IMG/VR virus record: IMGVR_UViG_3300007775_000001
Location: 32,001-96,000 of that record
Length of the DNA: 64,000 bases
Reading direction: 5' to 3' (one strand)
Origin: a virus
Shown: positions 44,061 through 52,567 of the stretch, piece after piece
Layout: each line of letters starts with the position of its first letter
How positions within the stretch are numbered: position 1 is the first letter of the stretch
Notes under the pieces: model-generated
Told to the model about the DNA's origin: nothing
Databases searched by the model: none
Seen by the model: only the letters and a program-made list of their open reading frames with translations
Position numbers and translations under genes: made by a program

Positions 44061-44402
44061 ATGGACGCCAAGATCATTGCAATCTGGAATCAATCTTGCC
44101 TGCGGGCGGGGGAGCAATGCCGCGCCTGTGAAGACCGGAAACTGTCGCAGTCATACCCATTGTACGACGTGACCTTGTATCTGTACACGGAGCCGCGCCA
44201 AGTCGTGAGCTATGCTCGTGCTCTGTTCCGGCGCTCCCGCAAGAGCGAGCATCGCGACAACGGCGTCTATCTGCGGGCCGTCGCCCGGAACCTGATACGT
44301 GGCCTCGACTTTCCCGACGATCTTGACGGCCTGGAAACCGTCAATCTTTATGGGTCTCCCGTACCTATCACGCCGGACGATTGTGTGCGGTTGGATCGCT
44401 AA
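44061..44402 (+). CDS. hypothetical protein
   Basis: GAGG RBS; ORF. Confidence 0.55.
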   Translation: MDAKIIAIWNQSCLRAGEQCRACEDRKLSQSYPLYDVTLYLYTEPRQVVSYARALFRRSRKSEHRDNGVYLRAVARNLIRGLDFPDDLDGLETVNLYGSPVPITPDDCVRLDR

Positions 44403-44422
44403 CCCCAGCGGAGCGGGAGTCG

Positions 44423-44438
44423 GTTTCTACGTAGAAAC
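44423..44438. repeat. dispersed palindrome copy 5
   Basis: GTTTCTACGTAGAAAC, intergenic. Confidence 0.9.
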
Positions 44439-44511
44439 TGGCGAAACCTTCATTCTGAGGGTTTACTTTCCGAAAATTTGGGTGTAAGCTGCCCCATAGT
44501 CTGAGGCTGTG

Positions 44512-44772
44512 ATGGAGCCACTTCAACTGAACGAGAACATCGATCCAGGTCTGGTGCGTGAGAAGGATGGTGCGCTGGGCTTGTATCTGGATAGGCACAA
44601 GGCTTTCGGGTTCGCAATTGTGATTCGCAATGCGGTCGAGATGCCGGATAGTCCAATGTGTTTGCGGGGCTTGCTAACAGTGGTAGAAGAACTGCTTGCT
44701 CCGTATGATGATCAACAAGTGGCTCTCGCGGTCTACAACGGGGTGAAGAGGTTGTTGGATGACCTAACGTGA
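44512..44772 (+). CDS. hypothetical protein
   Basis: GAGG RBS; ORF. Confidence 0.6.
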   Translation: MEPLQLNENIDPGLVREKDGALGLYLDRHKAFGFAIVIRNAVEMPDSPMCLRGLLTVVEELLAPYDDQQVALAVYNGVKRLLDDLT

Positions 44773-44987
44773 CCATGGAGGTTGACGTGTCAACACCAAT
44801 CGTGATGACCAAGAGAGAGTTTGCCGAAGCCCAAGAAGCAGCGCGGAAGTATCGTCATACCAGTAGCAGGATGACGATGCGACTGATGCAGGCGATCAAG
44901 CAACGGCACCCAAGGGCAGACAAGCGGCTTGCCAATTCAGCCTAGCGGTGTTAGGATAGTCTACCCCAAAAAAACAGGAGATTGACC

Positions 44988-45689
44988 ATGGGCGTCTACC
45001 AACGGTTGTTGGAGAAGGTCGAAGAAATTCCGTTTCTGCGTGATCCTCGATTCGACAAATACGAATTCGAGTTCAAGCTGAGTAGACCGGATTTCTCTTC
45101 CTTTATCACTGAAGGTGGAACCGATGTGGTTCCTGGGAACGGGTACGCCACCTTCTACTGGAAGGAAGGCCGCACGTTCAAGGTGTTGCCGTACGATCAT
45201 GATCAAGCCGATGCTCCCATTGGGATGCTAACCACGGCTCCCGAAGAGCTTCTGAAGCAGGCGATAGAGGGCACGGAATACGAGGCTATGGCTCTCGATC
45301 CGCGTACGGGGCAATACTACGACGTGAAGAAGGGGTCGCCCAAACCTGAAAGTTGTGAGATGGGCAAGTGGTCGCCGGAACATCTGGACGCCACTCTCAC
45401 GCATCATTACATGAGCCTGTCGGAGCACGAACGTTTCAAGGTCACTCGTGACCTGATGAACATGCTCTACATGATGATGACGGATCGTTCGCTGATGGCG
45501 GTGGGGTATCTGAACAACAATCCCACCTTGGTTGATCTGATCCATATCCACAAGCATCTGATGATCCATGCGGACAAGGAGATGAAGGACATCCTGTCCG
45601 GTGCTCTGAAGAAGCTTGGGATCGATGTGGGAGACTCCAAGCCTGACACGCCTGAAAAGCCTGAGAACGACGGCAAGGTTTTGAACTAG
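44988..45689 (+). CDS. hypothetical protein
   Basis: AGGAG RBS; 233 aa. Confidence 0.7.
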   Translation: MGVYQRLLEKVEEIPFLRDPRFDKYEFEFKLSRPDFSSFITEGGTDVVPGNGYATFYWKEGRTFKVLPYDHDQADAPIGMLTTAPEELLKQAIEGTEYEAMALDPRTGQYYDVKKGSPKPESCEMGKWSPEHLDATLTHHYMSLSEHERFKVTRDLMNMLYMMMTDRSLMAVGYLNNNPTLVDLIHIHKHLMIHADKEMKDILSGALKKLGIDVGDSKPDTPEKPENDGKVLN

Positions 45690-45723
45690 AGCCGTCCGCT
45701 TTCAATCAGACGAGTAACCTGTC

Positions 45724-46242
45724 ATGAAAAAGTGGCTAGGGAGGCTGGTTTTCTTTTCCGTGTGCTATGTGGCGAGCGTGGCGACGGTTGTGTTCGGTCT
45801 GTCCGATCACATCATCGATAACGCGGTGAGTCTGAAGATGCTGGCTTCCCGCGTGAACACTCTGGAAGAGACAGTCAGTCTGAAGCATGTGCAAAAGCTG
45901 ACCGTCACAGCATACTCTCCCAGACGAGTCGAAACGGATGATGATCCGTTTATCAACGCTTCGATGACTCCCGTGAGCGAGGGGCAGATTGCGGTATCTC
46001 GTGATCTGTTCAACGATGGATGGGTCTTCTATCGGTATGTATACATCAAGGGGTATGGAATCTTTGAGATTCGCGATCTGATGAACGTCCGGTACAAGAA
46101 GAGAATCGATGTGTTCTTTAACGACACTCGAAAAGCCCGTCAATGGGGTGTGAAGCGGCTTACGGTGGCACTGCTTGCGAACACTGAAAATAGGCTGCTA
46201 CGGGGCACCAAAGGGCTTGCAAGTCCACCGATCATACAGTAG
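45724..46242 (+). CDS. membrane-anchored 3D-domain (lytic transglycosylase-like) protein
   Basis: TM helix; TVTAYS; IAVSRD; RD..RIDVF. Confidence 0.8.
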   Translation: MKKWLGRLVFFSVCYVASVATVVFGLSDHIIDNAVSLKMLASRVNTLEETVSLKHVQKLTVTAYSPRRVETDDDPFINASMTPVSEGQIAVSRDLFNDGWVFYRYVYIKGYGIFEIRDLMNVRYKKRIDVFFNDTRKARQWGVKRLTVALLANTENRLLRGTKGLASPPIIQ

Positions 46243-46251
46243 AGTAGAGAT

Positions 46252-46436
46252 AGCCTCTGGCCATCACAGGAGCGCGGGTTTTTCCTCCTTTTTTCCCGTG
46301 CTCATTGGCCTTGTTTGTCCGTTGCCCGAAACAACCAGACAGGGCGATGGTCAGAGGTTCCTTCGAATAGACTCGCTCCTTCCCGTTGCGAGTCTTGTGA
46401 GCCGGAAGAGGTAACCCCCACCTCTTCCGGTTTTCT
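46252..46436 (+). ncRNA. candidate sRNA with CCUCCU (anti-SD) loop
   Basis: TTGCAA-17-TAGAGT upstream; three stem-loops with C/U-rich loops; terminal hairpin + TTTT. Confidence 0.5.
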
Positions 46437-46450
46437 CAATAGGTGAGTCC

Positions 46451-46834
46451 ATGGAAGCCCGAATCCCTATCGTGCGGGTGACTGCAAAGGACTGCCGTTG
46501 GGATTACTTCAGGGCTTCCGGAGCCGGTGGTCAGAAGCGCAACAAGACATCTTCAGCCGTTCGCTGTACCCATGACCCTAGCGGTGCGGATGGGACAGCG
46601 TCAGATACCCGTTCGCAATCCAAAAACAGAGAGCTTGCTTTCTACAGGATGGCAAGTTCAGACGAGTTCAACAAATGGCTGCGTTTGGAGACAGCAAGGC
46701 AGACGGGTGAGCAGGAACGTATCGAGAAGCGTGTTGAAACGCAAATGCAGCCCGAAAACCTGAAGGTAGAGGGTCGGGTCAACGGTAAGTGGAAACCCCT
46801 GGAGATTGACGATGACGGAAGCACAACAAGTTGA
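46451..46834 (+). CDS. GGQ-domain peptidyl-tRNA hydrolase / release-factor homolog
   Basis: RASGAGGQKRNKTSSAVR..RSQSKNRELA. Confidence 0.88.
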   Translation: MEARIPIVRVTAKDCRWDYFRASGAGGQKRNKTSSAVRCTHDPSGADGTASDTRSQSKNRELAFYRMASSDEFNKWLRLETARQTGEQERIEKRVETQMQPENLKVEGRVNGKWKPLEIDDDGSTTS

Positions 46835-47201
46835 GAAGCCGGATTGGGGTCTGTGGCGGTATCGTGAAGACCTGAAGGGTGGGAAATACCTTGTTCTCAG
46901 ACGGGATGGTACGGTGTTCACAGAGCCCAACTTTGTGTTGGGGCCGAATGATCGTGCATCGTACCACGCCATGCTGGCGTATGCGGACAAGTGCGAAGAG
47001 TTCATGAATGCTGGTGATACCAACTACAATCCTGAGTACATCGCTGACTGTCGCCGGTTGGCTGATGATATGCTCAATCTCAGGATGAATACAGGTGTCA
47101 ATGGCGATCCTGGGAAGGGCAGACATCGGAAGGATCATCCCAAGATCATCGAACAGATGCTCAATCCGGACAAAAGGGTGCTGGCACCACTGGAGGAGTG
47201 A
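46812..47201 (+). CDS. hypothetical protein
   Basis: GKYLVLRRDG..FVL..D..AMLAYAD. Confidence 0.65.
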   Translation: MTEAQQVEKPDWGLWRYREDLKGGKYLVLRRDGTVFTEPNFVLGPNDRASYHAMLAYADKCEEFMNAGDTNYNPEYIADCRRLADDMLNLRMNTGVNGDPGKGRHRKDHPKIIEQMLNPDKRVLAPLEE

Positions 47202-47497
47202 TGTTTCAGAGGCTCGCGAACAAGTTTGTGATGTGGGCTCTTCAATTCGATGGAGCCAAGACCGTCATTCTCAGACCGGGTGAAACCCTGGTCATTCAGC
47301 CAGCGCGAGCGATTCCAGAACACGATCTTGAGGTCTTCCGGAAAGCTTTCGCTGGTCGCAACATGCCTGTTGTGATCCTTCCGCACGATGCGAGCACGAC
47401 CAAGGTTGACTTCAGGCTGACAGGAGGTCGCAGATGGCGAGGAAGAGGCAACACCAGAAGCCGGGAAAAGAAGGCCGAGCGTACAAGAAGTGGTTGA
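47198..47497 (+). CDS. hypothetical protein
   Basis: GTGA coupling. Confidence 0.55.
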   Translation: MMFQRLANKFVMWALQFDGAKTVILRPGETLVIQPARAIPEHDLEVFRKAFAGRNMPVVILPHDASTTKVDFRLTGGRRWRGRGNTRSREKKAERTRSG

Positions 47498-47700
47498 CTT
47501 GTCTACATTCCTGGGATGCTCATGGGGTCGATGTTCGAAACCTCCGTCCCGATGATCCGAAGCTTCTGGCACAAGAATGCATCAACTGTGGTGTGACCAT
47601 TAAGCAGCATATTGAGTGGTCAAATCAACGCACTGGCTTGGACATGAGCGCCTTTGACGGCAGTGTGTTTTTCGATCAGCGGACTGCGCCTGGGTCGTGA
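47434..47700 (+). CDS. small Cys-containing hypothetical protein
   Basis: AGGAGG RBS; CLHSW..CINCG. Confidence 0.5.
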   Translation: MARKRQHQKPGKEGRAYKKWLTCLHSWDAHGVDVRNLRPDDPKLLAQECINCGVTIKQHIEWSNQRTGLDMSAFDGSVFFDQRTAPGS

Positions 47701-47808
47701 CATTTGAGAAAAATGTCATAACTCATTGTTTTGCTTGACTTTGGTGCAAAACAGGGGTTATCGTGTGGGTCACTATGAGTTTTTGCTTTCACTCACGGTG
47801 GCCCACGG

Positions 47809-49287
47809 ATGGTTGCTGCTCTTACCACTGCTCAGGTAGACTCTCTACTCCGTAGTCCGGAAGTAGAAGAACTCTTGCTCAGGAACGACTTGGCGTATTT
47901 CGCTGAGAAGATTCTTGGCATGGAAGTTGTTGCTCATCACAGGAAGTGGTCAGAGCTTACCGCGAAGTACAATCGTCTCTGCATCAACTGTGCTCGTGAC
48001 CATGGGAAGAGCTTCTTTTTTTCTCATGCGTATGTGATCTGGAGAGCCTATTTCAAATGGCTGCCGGACTATGGTGACAGCAAGTCTCTTCCGAAGTTCC
48101 CCATTGGCTACATCTGGTCGAACACAGAACAACAGGCAATTGACCATCTCACGCTGGTTCAGCAAGAGATTCTGAGTAATCCAAAGCTTCGCTTCCTTGT
48201 CCCTCCTGGCAAGGGTGTTGGCGGCATGCCCGCTGGGTGGAGTAAGAAGCGGATGCGGTTGTCCAACGGTGTGAGCATCCGTGCAATCGGTTGGGGTGGT
48301 AGAGTCCGTGGGGCTCATCCTGTCTGGGCGGTCTTCGATGACATCCTGAACGACGAGACGATCTACTCTGAGTTGGTGCGGCGCAAGCAGATCGACTACT
48401 TCTACTCAGCCGCGACACCGTCCGTGGTTCCAGGTGGTCAGATCATCGTTGTGGGTACACCGTTTCATCAAGAAGACCTGTATGCAGAACTGAAGAAGAA
48501 CCCGGAGTATGTCTTCGCTCGTTACCCATCACTCAGCGAAGATGGCAACGAGAAGCCTCTTTGGCCTACGCGGTACAGCAAGGAAATCCTCCTCAGAAAG
48601 CGTCGTGAAGTTGGACAGGTTCGGTTCGCTCGCGAATATATGTGCGTTCCGATTTCGGATGAGTCCAGCTTGTTCCCGGAGCGCATCATTGTGCCGTGCT
48701 TCGAGGAGTCATTCCGAATGCCTACGCATCTGACGGCCGAAGACTTGTCTGAGCTTCAGGTGTATACGGGGGTTGACCTTGCAATGTCTGCTAATGTGGG
48801 AGCGGACTGGACTGTAATCATTACGATTGGGATTGACCGCTACAAGAATATCTGGGTTCTGAACATTCGAAGATTCAAGGGCAAAGGTCTGACTGAGCAG
48901 TTGAAGGCTATCCAGGATGTGTACAACAGCTTCAAGCCCCGCAAGATTTGGATCGAAGACAATAACTTCCAGCGCATCTTCAAGGATGAGTTGGTCAAGA
49001 ATACCGATCTGCCGGTACAGGGGTATACAACACATGCTCGCAAGAAGAACTCGATGGAAGAGGGTGTTCCGTCGATGCAAATCTTGTTTGAGAATCGGAA
49101 GTTTGTTATTGCTCGTGCCACGGCTTATGACCGTGAGATCACGGATCAACTGATCGGTGAGTTGAAATCTTTCTCGTGGATGGACGGTAAGCTTCAGGGT
49201 GTTGGGTCGCATGATGATATGGTAATGGCTCTTTGGATTGCGCTGGAGGCGTCCAGGGAAGGGGAGTTTCAATTTTCATTTGCGTGA
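47809..49287 (+). CDS. terL: terminase large subunit
   Basis: ARDHGKS Walker A; VRGAHP..FDD; VGTP; nuclease GVDLA..HDDMVMA. Confidence 0.95.
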   Translation: MVAALTTAQVDSLLRSPEVEELLLRNDLAYFAEKILGMEVVAHHRKWSELTAKYNRLCINCARDHGKSFFFSHAYVIWRAYFKWLPDYGDSKSLPKFPIGYIWSNTEQQAIDHLTLVQQEILSNPKLRFLVPPGKGVGGMPAGWSKKRMRLSNGVSIRAIGWGGRVRGAHPVWAVFDDILNDETIYSELVRRKQIDYFYSAATPSVVPGGQIIVVGTPFHQEDLYAELKKNPEYVFARYPSLSEDGNEKPLWPTRYSKEILLRKRREVGQVRFAREYMCVPISDESSLFPERIIVPCFEESFRMPTHLTAEDLSELQVYTGVDLAMSANVGADWTVIITIGIDRYKNIWVLNIRRFKGKGLTEQLKAIQDVYNSFKPRKIWIEDNNFQRIFKDELVKNTDLPVQGYTTHARKKNSMEEGVPSMQILFENRKFVIARATAYDREITDQLIGELKSFSWMDGKLQGVGSHDDMVMALWIALEASREGEFQFSFA

Positions 49288-49290
49288 GCT

Positions 49291-49737
49291 ATGTCTTCCT
49301 ATCTTCCTCCTGCGAGAGAACGGTTGCGGAATCTTGTGGCAACGTGTGTAAGGCATGGTGACTTCACACTGAGAAGTGGTCAGAAGAGCGATACGTTCAT
49401 TGATCTTGAGGAGGTGTCTAGCACTTCATTGTTCATGATTCTCTTTCTGGATGTGCTCAGGGAGATCGTGCGAGGCGATGTGTATGACACCTTCATTGGC
49501 CCGTCGAAGGGTGCTGATCCTCTCGTCTATGTTGGACGAGAGGGTATCAGGAACAGGCGGGGGACAAGAGCGATTGTGTTGGAAGACGTGTTGACAACGG
49601 GTGGATCGGTGCTTCGTTGTATCGAAGAGTCCGGAATGACCCCTGTGCGGATTGTTTCAGTTGTGGACAGAGGGTGTTCGGTTGAGCTACCCGCTCCCTA
49701 TACCCCAATCCTGTCTATTGGCGAAATTTCTACGTAG
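49291..49737 (+). CDS. orotate-PRTase-like phosphoribosyltransferase
   Basis: GDFTLRSGQKSDTFID; VLEDVLTTGGS PRPP-binding motif. Confidence 0.8.
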   Translation: MSSYLPPARERLRNLVATCVRHGDFTLRSGQKSDTFIDLEEVSSTSLFMILFLDVLREIVRGDVYDTFIGPSKGADPLVYVGREGIRNRRGTRAIVLEDVLTTGGSVLRCIEESGMTPVRIVSVVDRGCSVELPAPYTPILSIGEIST

Positions 49738-49740
49738 AAA
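49727..49740. repeat. dispersed palindrome copy 6
   Basis: TTTCTACGTAGAAA, overlaps the TAG stop. Confidence 0.88.
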
Positions 49741-49755
49741 CCGGAGTCTTGTAAA

Positions 49756-50010
49756 ATGGCGCGCGGGAATGTGGTCTGGTTCGATATCCAGAAGGGTTTT
49801 GGATTCATCACAGACGAGGCTCAAGGGGACGATGTATTTGTCCACTACTCGAAGATCGAGGGGCCAGAAGGTGAGTTCAAATATCTCGATGCTGGAGACC
49901 TTGTGGAGTTCGAGCGGTTTGAGGTGGACAGAGGTAATGGCCTGAAGAAACCTCAAGCGAAGAACGTAAAGCTTGTCAGCCGCCGCGAAACCACAAAGGG
50001 CGACAAGTGA
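49756..50010 (+). CDS. cold-shock domain protein
   Basis: WF..KGFGFI (RNP1); DVFVHYS (RNP2). Confidence 0.93.
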   Translation: MARGNVVWFDIQKGFGFITDEAQGDDVFVHYSKIEGPEGEFKYLDAGDLVEFERFEVDRGNGLKKPQAKNVKLVSRRETTKGDK

Positions 50011-50702
50011 GATCAGAGATCGTGAAGTGGATTCGGATTGTTGTTTTCAGGACGGTGAAGGGAAAGGGGTTGATCAATCTTGACATTGACAACCTCATCT
50101 CCGCCGGATATCTGGGTTACGCTCAGGCGTTGAAGAACTACGATGAGCGTAAGAAGGTCAAGTTCAAGACCTTTGCTGAGTATCGCATCAAAGGCGCGGT
50201 ACTTGACGAGGTTCGACGTGTGATCGGTGACGAGCGGTGTAAGACGGAAAGGCCAGTTAGGGTCAATGATGTCGATTTCGAGATGATCATTGATCCTCGT
50301 GACTATGGTTGTGAGTTCGAGATCGATTTCGAGAAGTTCATGGATGCGTTGCCGATGACTGTCCGTGAGAAGAACATTCTCCGATCACGCATTCAGGGTA
50401 TGAGCCTGAAGGAGATCGGACAGCAGTTTAGGTTCAGCGAATCCCGTGCTTCTCAGATTCTCTATAGCATCCGTGTGAAGGCTGCACCAACGTTCGAGCG
50501 ATTTTTTGGAATCAAGGTGGTGGTTGCACCAAGATTTCGCAAGTATCGGCGTACCTCGTCCGATAATGGAGTGAGGAGATTCCCGTGGAATCTGGCGTTT
50601 GCCGATATGTGTCGGCGCAACAGGGTGGGGCGAATCATTTCAATTCGGTCGCACCAATTCCCAATCCAACCTCTCCCTTGGCTTAGAGCGAGCGGTCAAT
50701 GA
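50007..50702 (+). CDS. RNA polymerase sigma factor (FliA/WhiG-like)
   Basis: [24 protein letters not shown] (region 2); [14 protein letters not shown] (region 4). Confidence 0.85.
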   Translation: MRSEIVKWIRIVVFRTVKGKGLINLDIDNLISAGYLGYAQALKNYDERKKVKFKTFAEYRIKGAVLDEVRRVIGDERCKTERPVRVNDVDFEMIIDPRDYGCEFEIDFEKFMDALPMTVREKNILRSRIQGMSLKEIGQQFRFSESRASQILYSIRVKAAPTFERFFGIKVVVAPRFRKYRRTSSDNGVRRFPWNLAFADMCRRNRVGRIISIRSHQFPIQPLPWLRASGQ

Positions 50703-52567
50703 AGCTGACCTTGGACGATTACGCCGCTGTGTTGGATGACGTTGTCAAAGCGGCTTCCAAGAGTTCGGGACGCAAGACATTCGAAGATTTTGAAGAAGAG
50801 ATCGGTAAGTCTCTAACCTTCAATCCGCTTGCTCCCACAGAGATGACTCCTGAAGTTGTTGCGAGAGAGGGTATTTACTCTCCCTATGCACAGGCTCCAG
50901 AAGGCGGGTTTGTACCGCATACCGCTGAGCACTGGATGGGGATGGGCAAAGACCCCGATGACTATCGCAACGTTCACCAGATTTATGAGGAAGCTGGTGC
51001 CAAACAGCCTTCTCTCGATAGCCTGAGACACATGTTCGTGCAAGCTATCGAAGACACTGATCGCGCTGGCCGAAGTTTCTCGTTCCTGTCGCGTTCTATC
51101 AAGCCGACTGAATGTGAAATGATCGTGAAGGGTATTCCTATGCCGTCCAAGGGTGGCGGCATGAAGGATATGGGGATGCCTGTGGGAACGATTCATCGGT
51201 TCAGTGATGGTAAGCAGTATCGGAAAGAAGCTCCTGGCAAGTGGGTTCCGGTGTCAGCCGGTGCGAAGCCGGGTGGAAAGGAAGACGCTACTCAGTCAGG
51301 ACACGTTGAGATCGAGCGACATGCGATGATCACTCGTATTCGACAGGAGATGGATCGTCGTACCAAAGCGGCTGCTGACCAGAAGCAGTTGGAAGGTCGT
51401 ATGAAGCAGACGGCCAAGAAGTATGCGACCAAACAGACTGAAGCGGCTGGGATCAAGTCCCCGGTAGATCAGCTACCGAAAGACAAGGACAAGCCTGGAA
51501 ACTTCGATCTGTTGGAAGGAGCGGACGCGGCGAAGAAGATTTACTTCATCGAGGGCTCGAAGGTCAAGATGGATCACGTTCAACAGTTCTTGAAGGAGTT
51601 CAGTCAGGACTTCAAGGACATCGATTCGAACGGTCAGAATTCGAAGTTCCGTGAAGACATGATGAGCAATGGGGCGTTGTATTATACATCCCGGCTCAAG
51701 GGGCCTGATTCTCTACTGAAGAAGATGCAGAGCAAGTATCTCGACCGCTCTCTTAACACGGTGACTGACGCGATTGGTGCGAGAGCGTTGGCAGGTAGTC
51801 TGGAAGATCAGAAGCGGCTCTTCACGTTCTTCAAGTCTCAGCATGAGTTGGTCGAAGAGGAAGACTTCGCTGAGCAGGGGCGTCCCGATGGATATCGGGC
51901 GATCCATTGTCTGTTCCGGACAAGTTCCGGAAAGATCGGTGAGTTTCAGTTCAAGACGATCAATCAACAGCTTTACTCTGGGTATTTCCATGACACGGTT
52001 TACAAGGGTAGTAAAGCTATTCAGGACGATCCAGAGGTAGCGAAATTTCAGAGAGATGTGTCGGACTATCTGCACAGGCTTGATTCTGGTCAGGAACAGT
52101 TCGATATCAATCGCGCTCCAAAGGCTCCAAAGCAACTTGTGGCTGCGAAGTACAAGGACGAGAAGGGTAAGGAGCAGACGGCTGGAGAGTTTCCTTGGGA
52201 AAACGTTCGGACTAAGAATGTGGGTGACTATCTGTACAAGGCAGATGACGAGTCTCAGAGTGTGAAGTATTTTCTGGTGTTGCGCGATAAGAAAGGCAAC
52301 ACGGTTGGAACCAAGAGCTACAACAGCCTGGAGGCTGCGCAGAAAGAACAGACACGTCTTCTCAATCAGAAGAACTATGGCGATCTTCCTATTGCTCAGG
52401 CTACGAGCGAGAAGGAGTTGTTCGCCACCTTCCATGAGTACAGACCACGGGTCGGCTCACAGGTTGACGATCAGAGCAAAGACAAAAGCCCTGCCAAGTA
52501 CACAAGGGGTTCAAAAACGACCCCTCAGAAGCGGAAATTTGGGAGAGACCAAAATGGCTCACGATGA
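50699..52567 (+). CDS. modular head-region protein with RelA/SpoT synthetase domain
   Basis: RLKGPDSLLKK; DAIGAR; GYRAIH; EFQFKT; HDTVYK. Confidence 0.82.
   Translation: MKLTLDDYAAVLDDVVKAASKSSGRKTFEDFEEEIGKSLTFNPLAPTEMTPEVVAREGIYSPYAQAPEGGFVPHTAEHWMGMGKDPDDYRNVHQIYEEAGAKQPSLDSLRHMFVQAIEDTDRAGRSFSFLSRSIKPTECEMIVKGIPMPSKGGGMKDMGMPVGTIHRFSDGKQYRKEAPGKWVPVSAGAKPGGKEDATQSGHVEIERHAMITRIRQEMDRRTKAAADQKQLEGRMKQTAKKYATKQTEAAGIKSPVDQLPKDKDKPGNFDLLEGADAAKKIYFIEGSKVKMDHVQQFLKEFSQDFKDIDSNGQNSKFREDMMSNGALYYTSRLKGPDSLLKKMQSKYLDRSLNTVTDAIGARALAGSLEDQKRLFTFFKSQHELVEEEDFAEQGRPDGYRAIHCLFRTSSGKIGEFQFKTINQQLYSGYFHDTVYKGSKAIQDDPEVAKFQRDVSDYLHRLDSGQEQFDINRAPKAPKQLVAAKYKDEKGKEQTAGEFPWENVRTKNVGDYLYKADDESQSVKYFLVLRDKKGNTVGTKSYNSLEAAQKEQTRLLNQKNYGDLPIAQATSEKELFATFHEYRPRVGSQVDDQSKDKSPAKYTRGSKTTPQKRKFGRDQNGSR

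Noticed and set aside
52305-52553. Upstream extension of the 1244-aa ORF
   Set aside because: It overlaps the SAS gene out of frame; ATG 52554 with a GGAG RBS is the likelier start.
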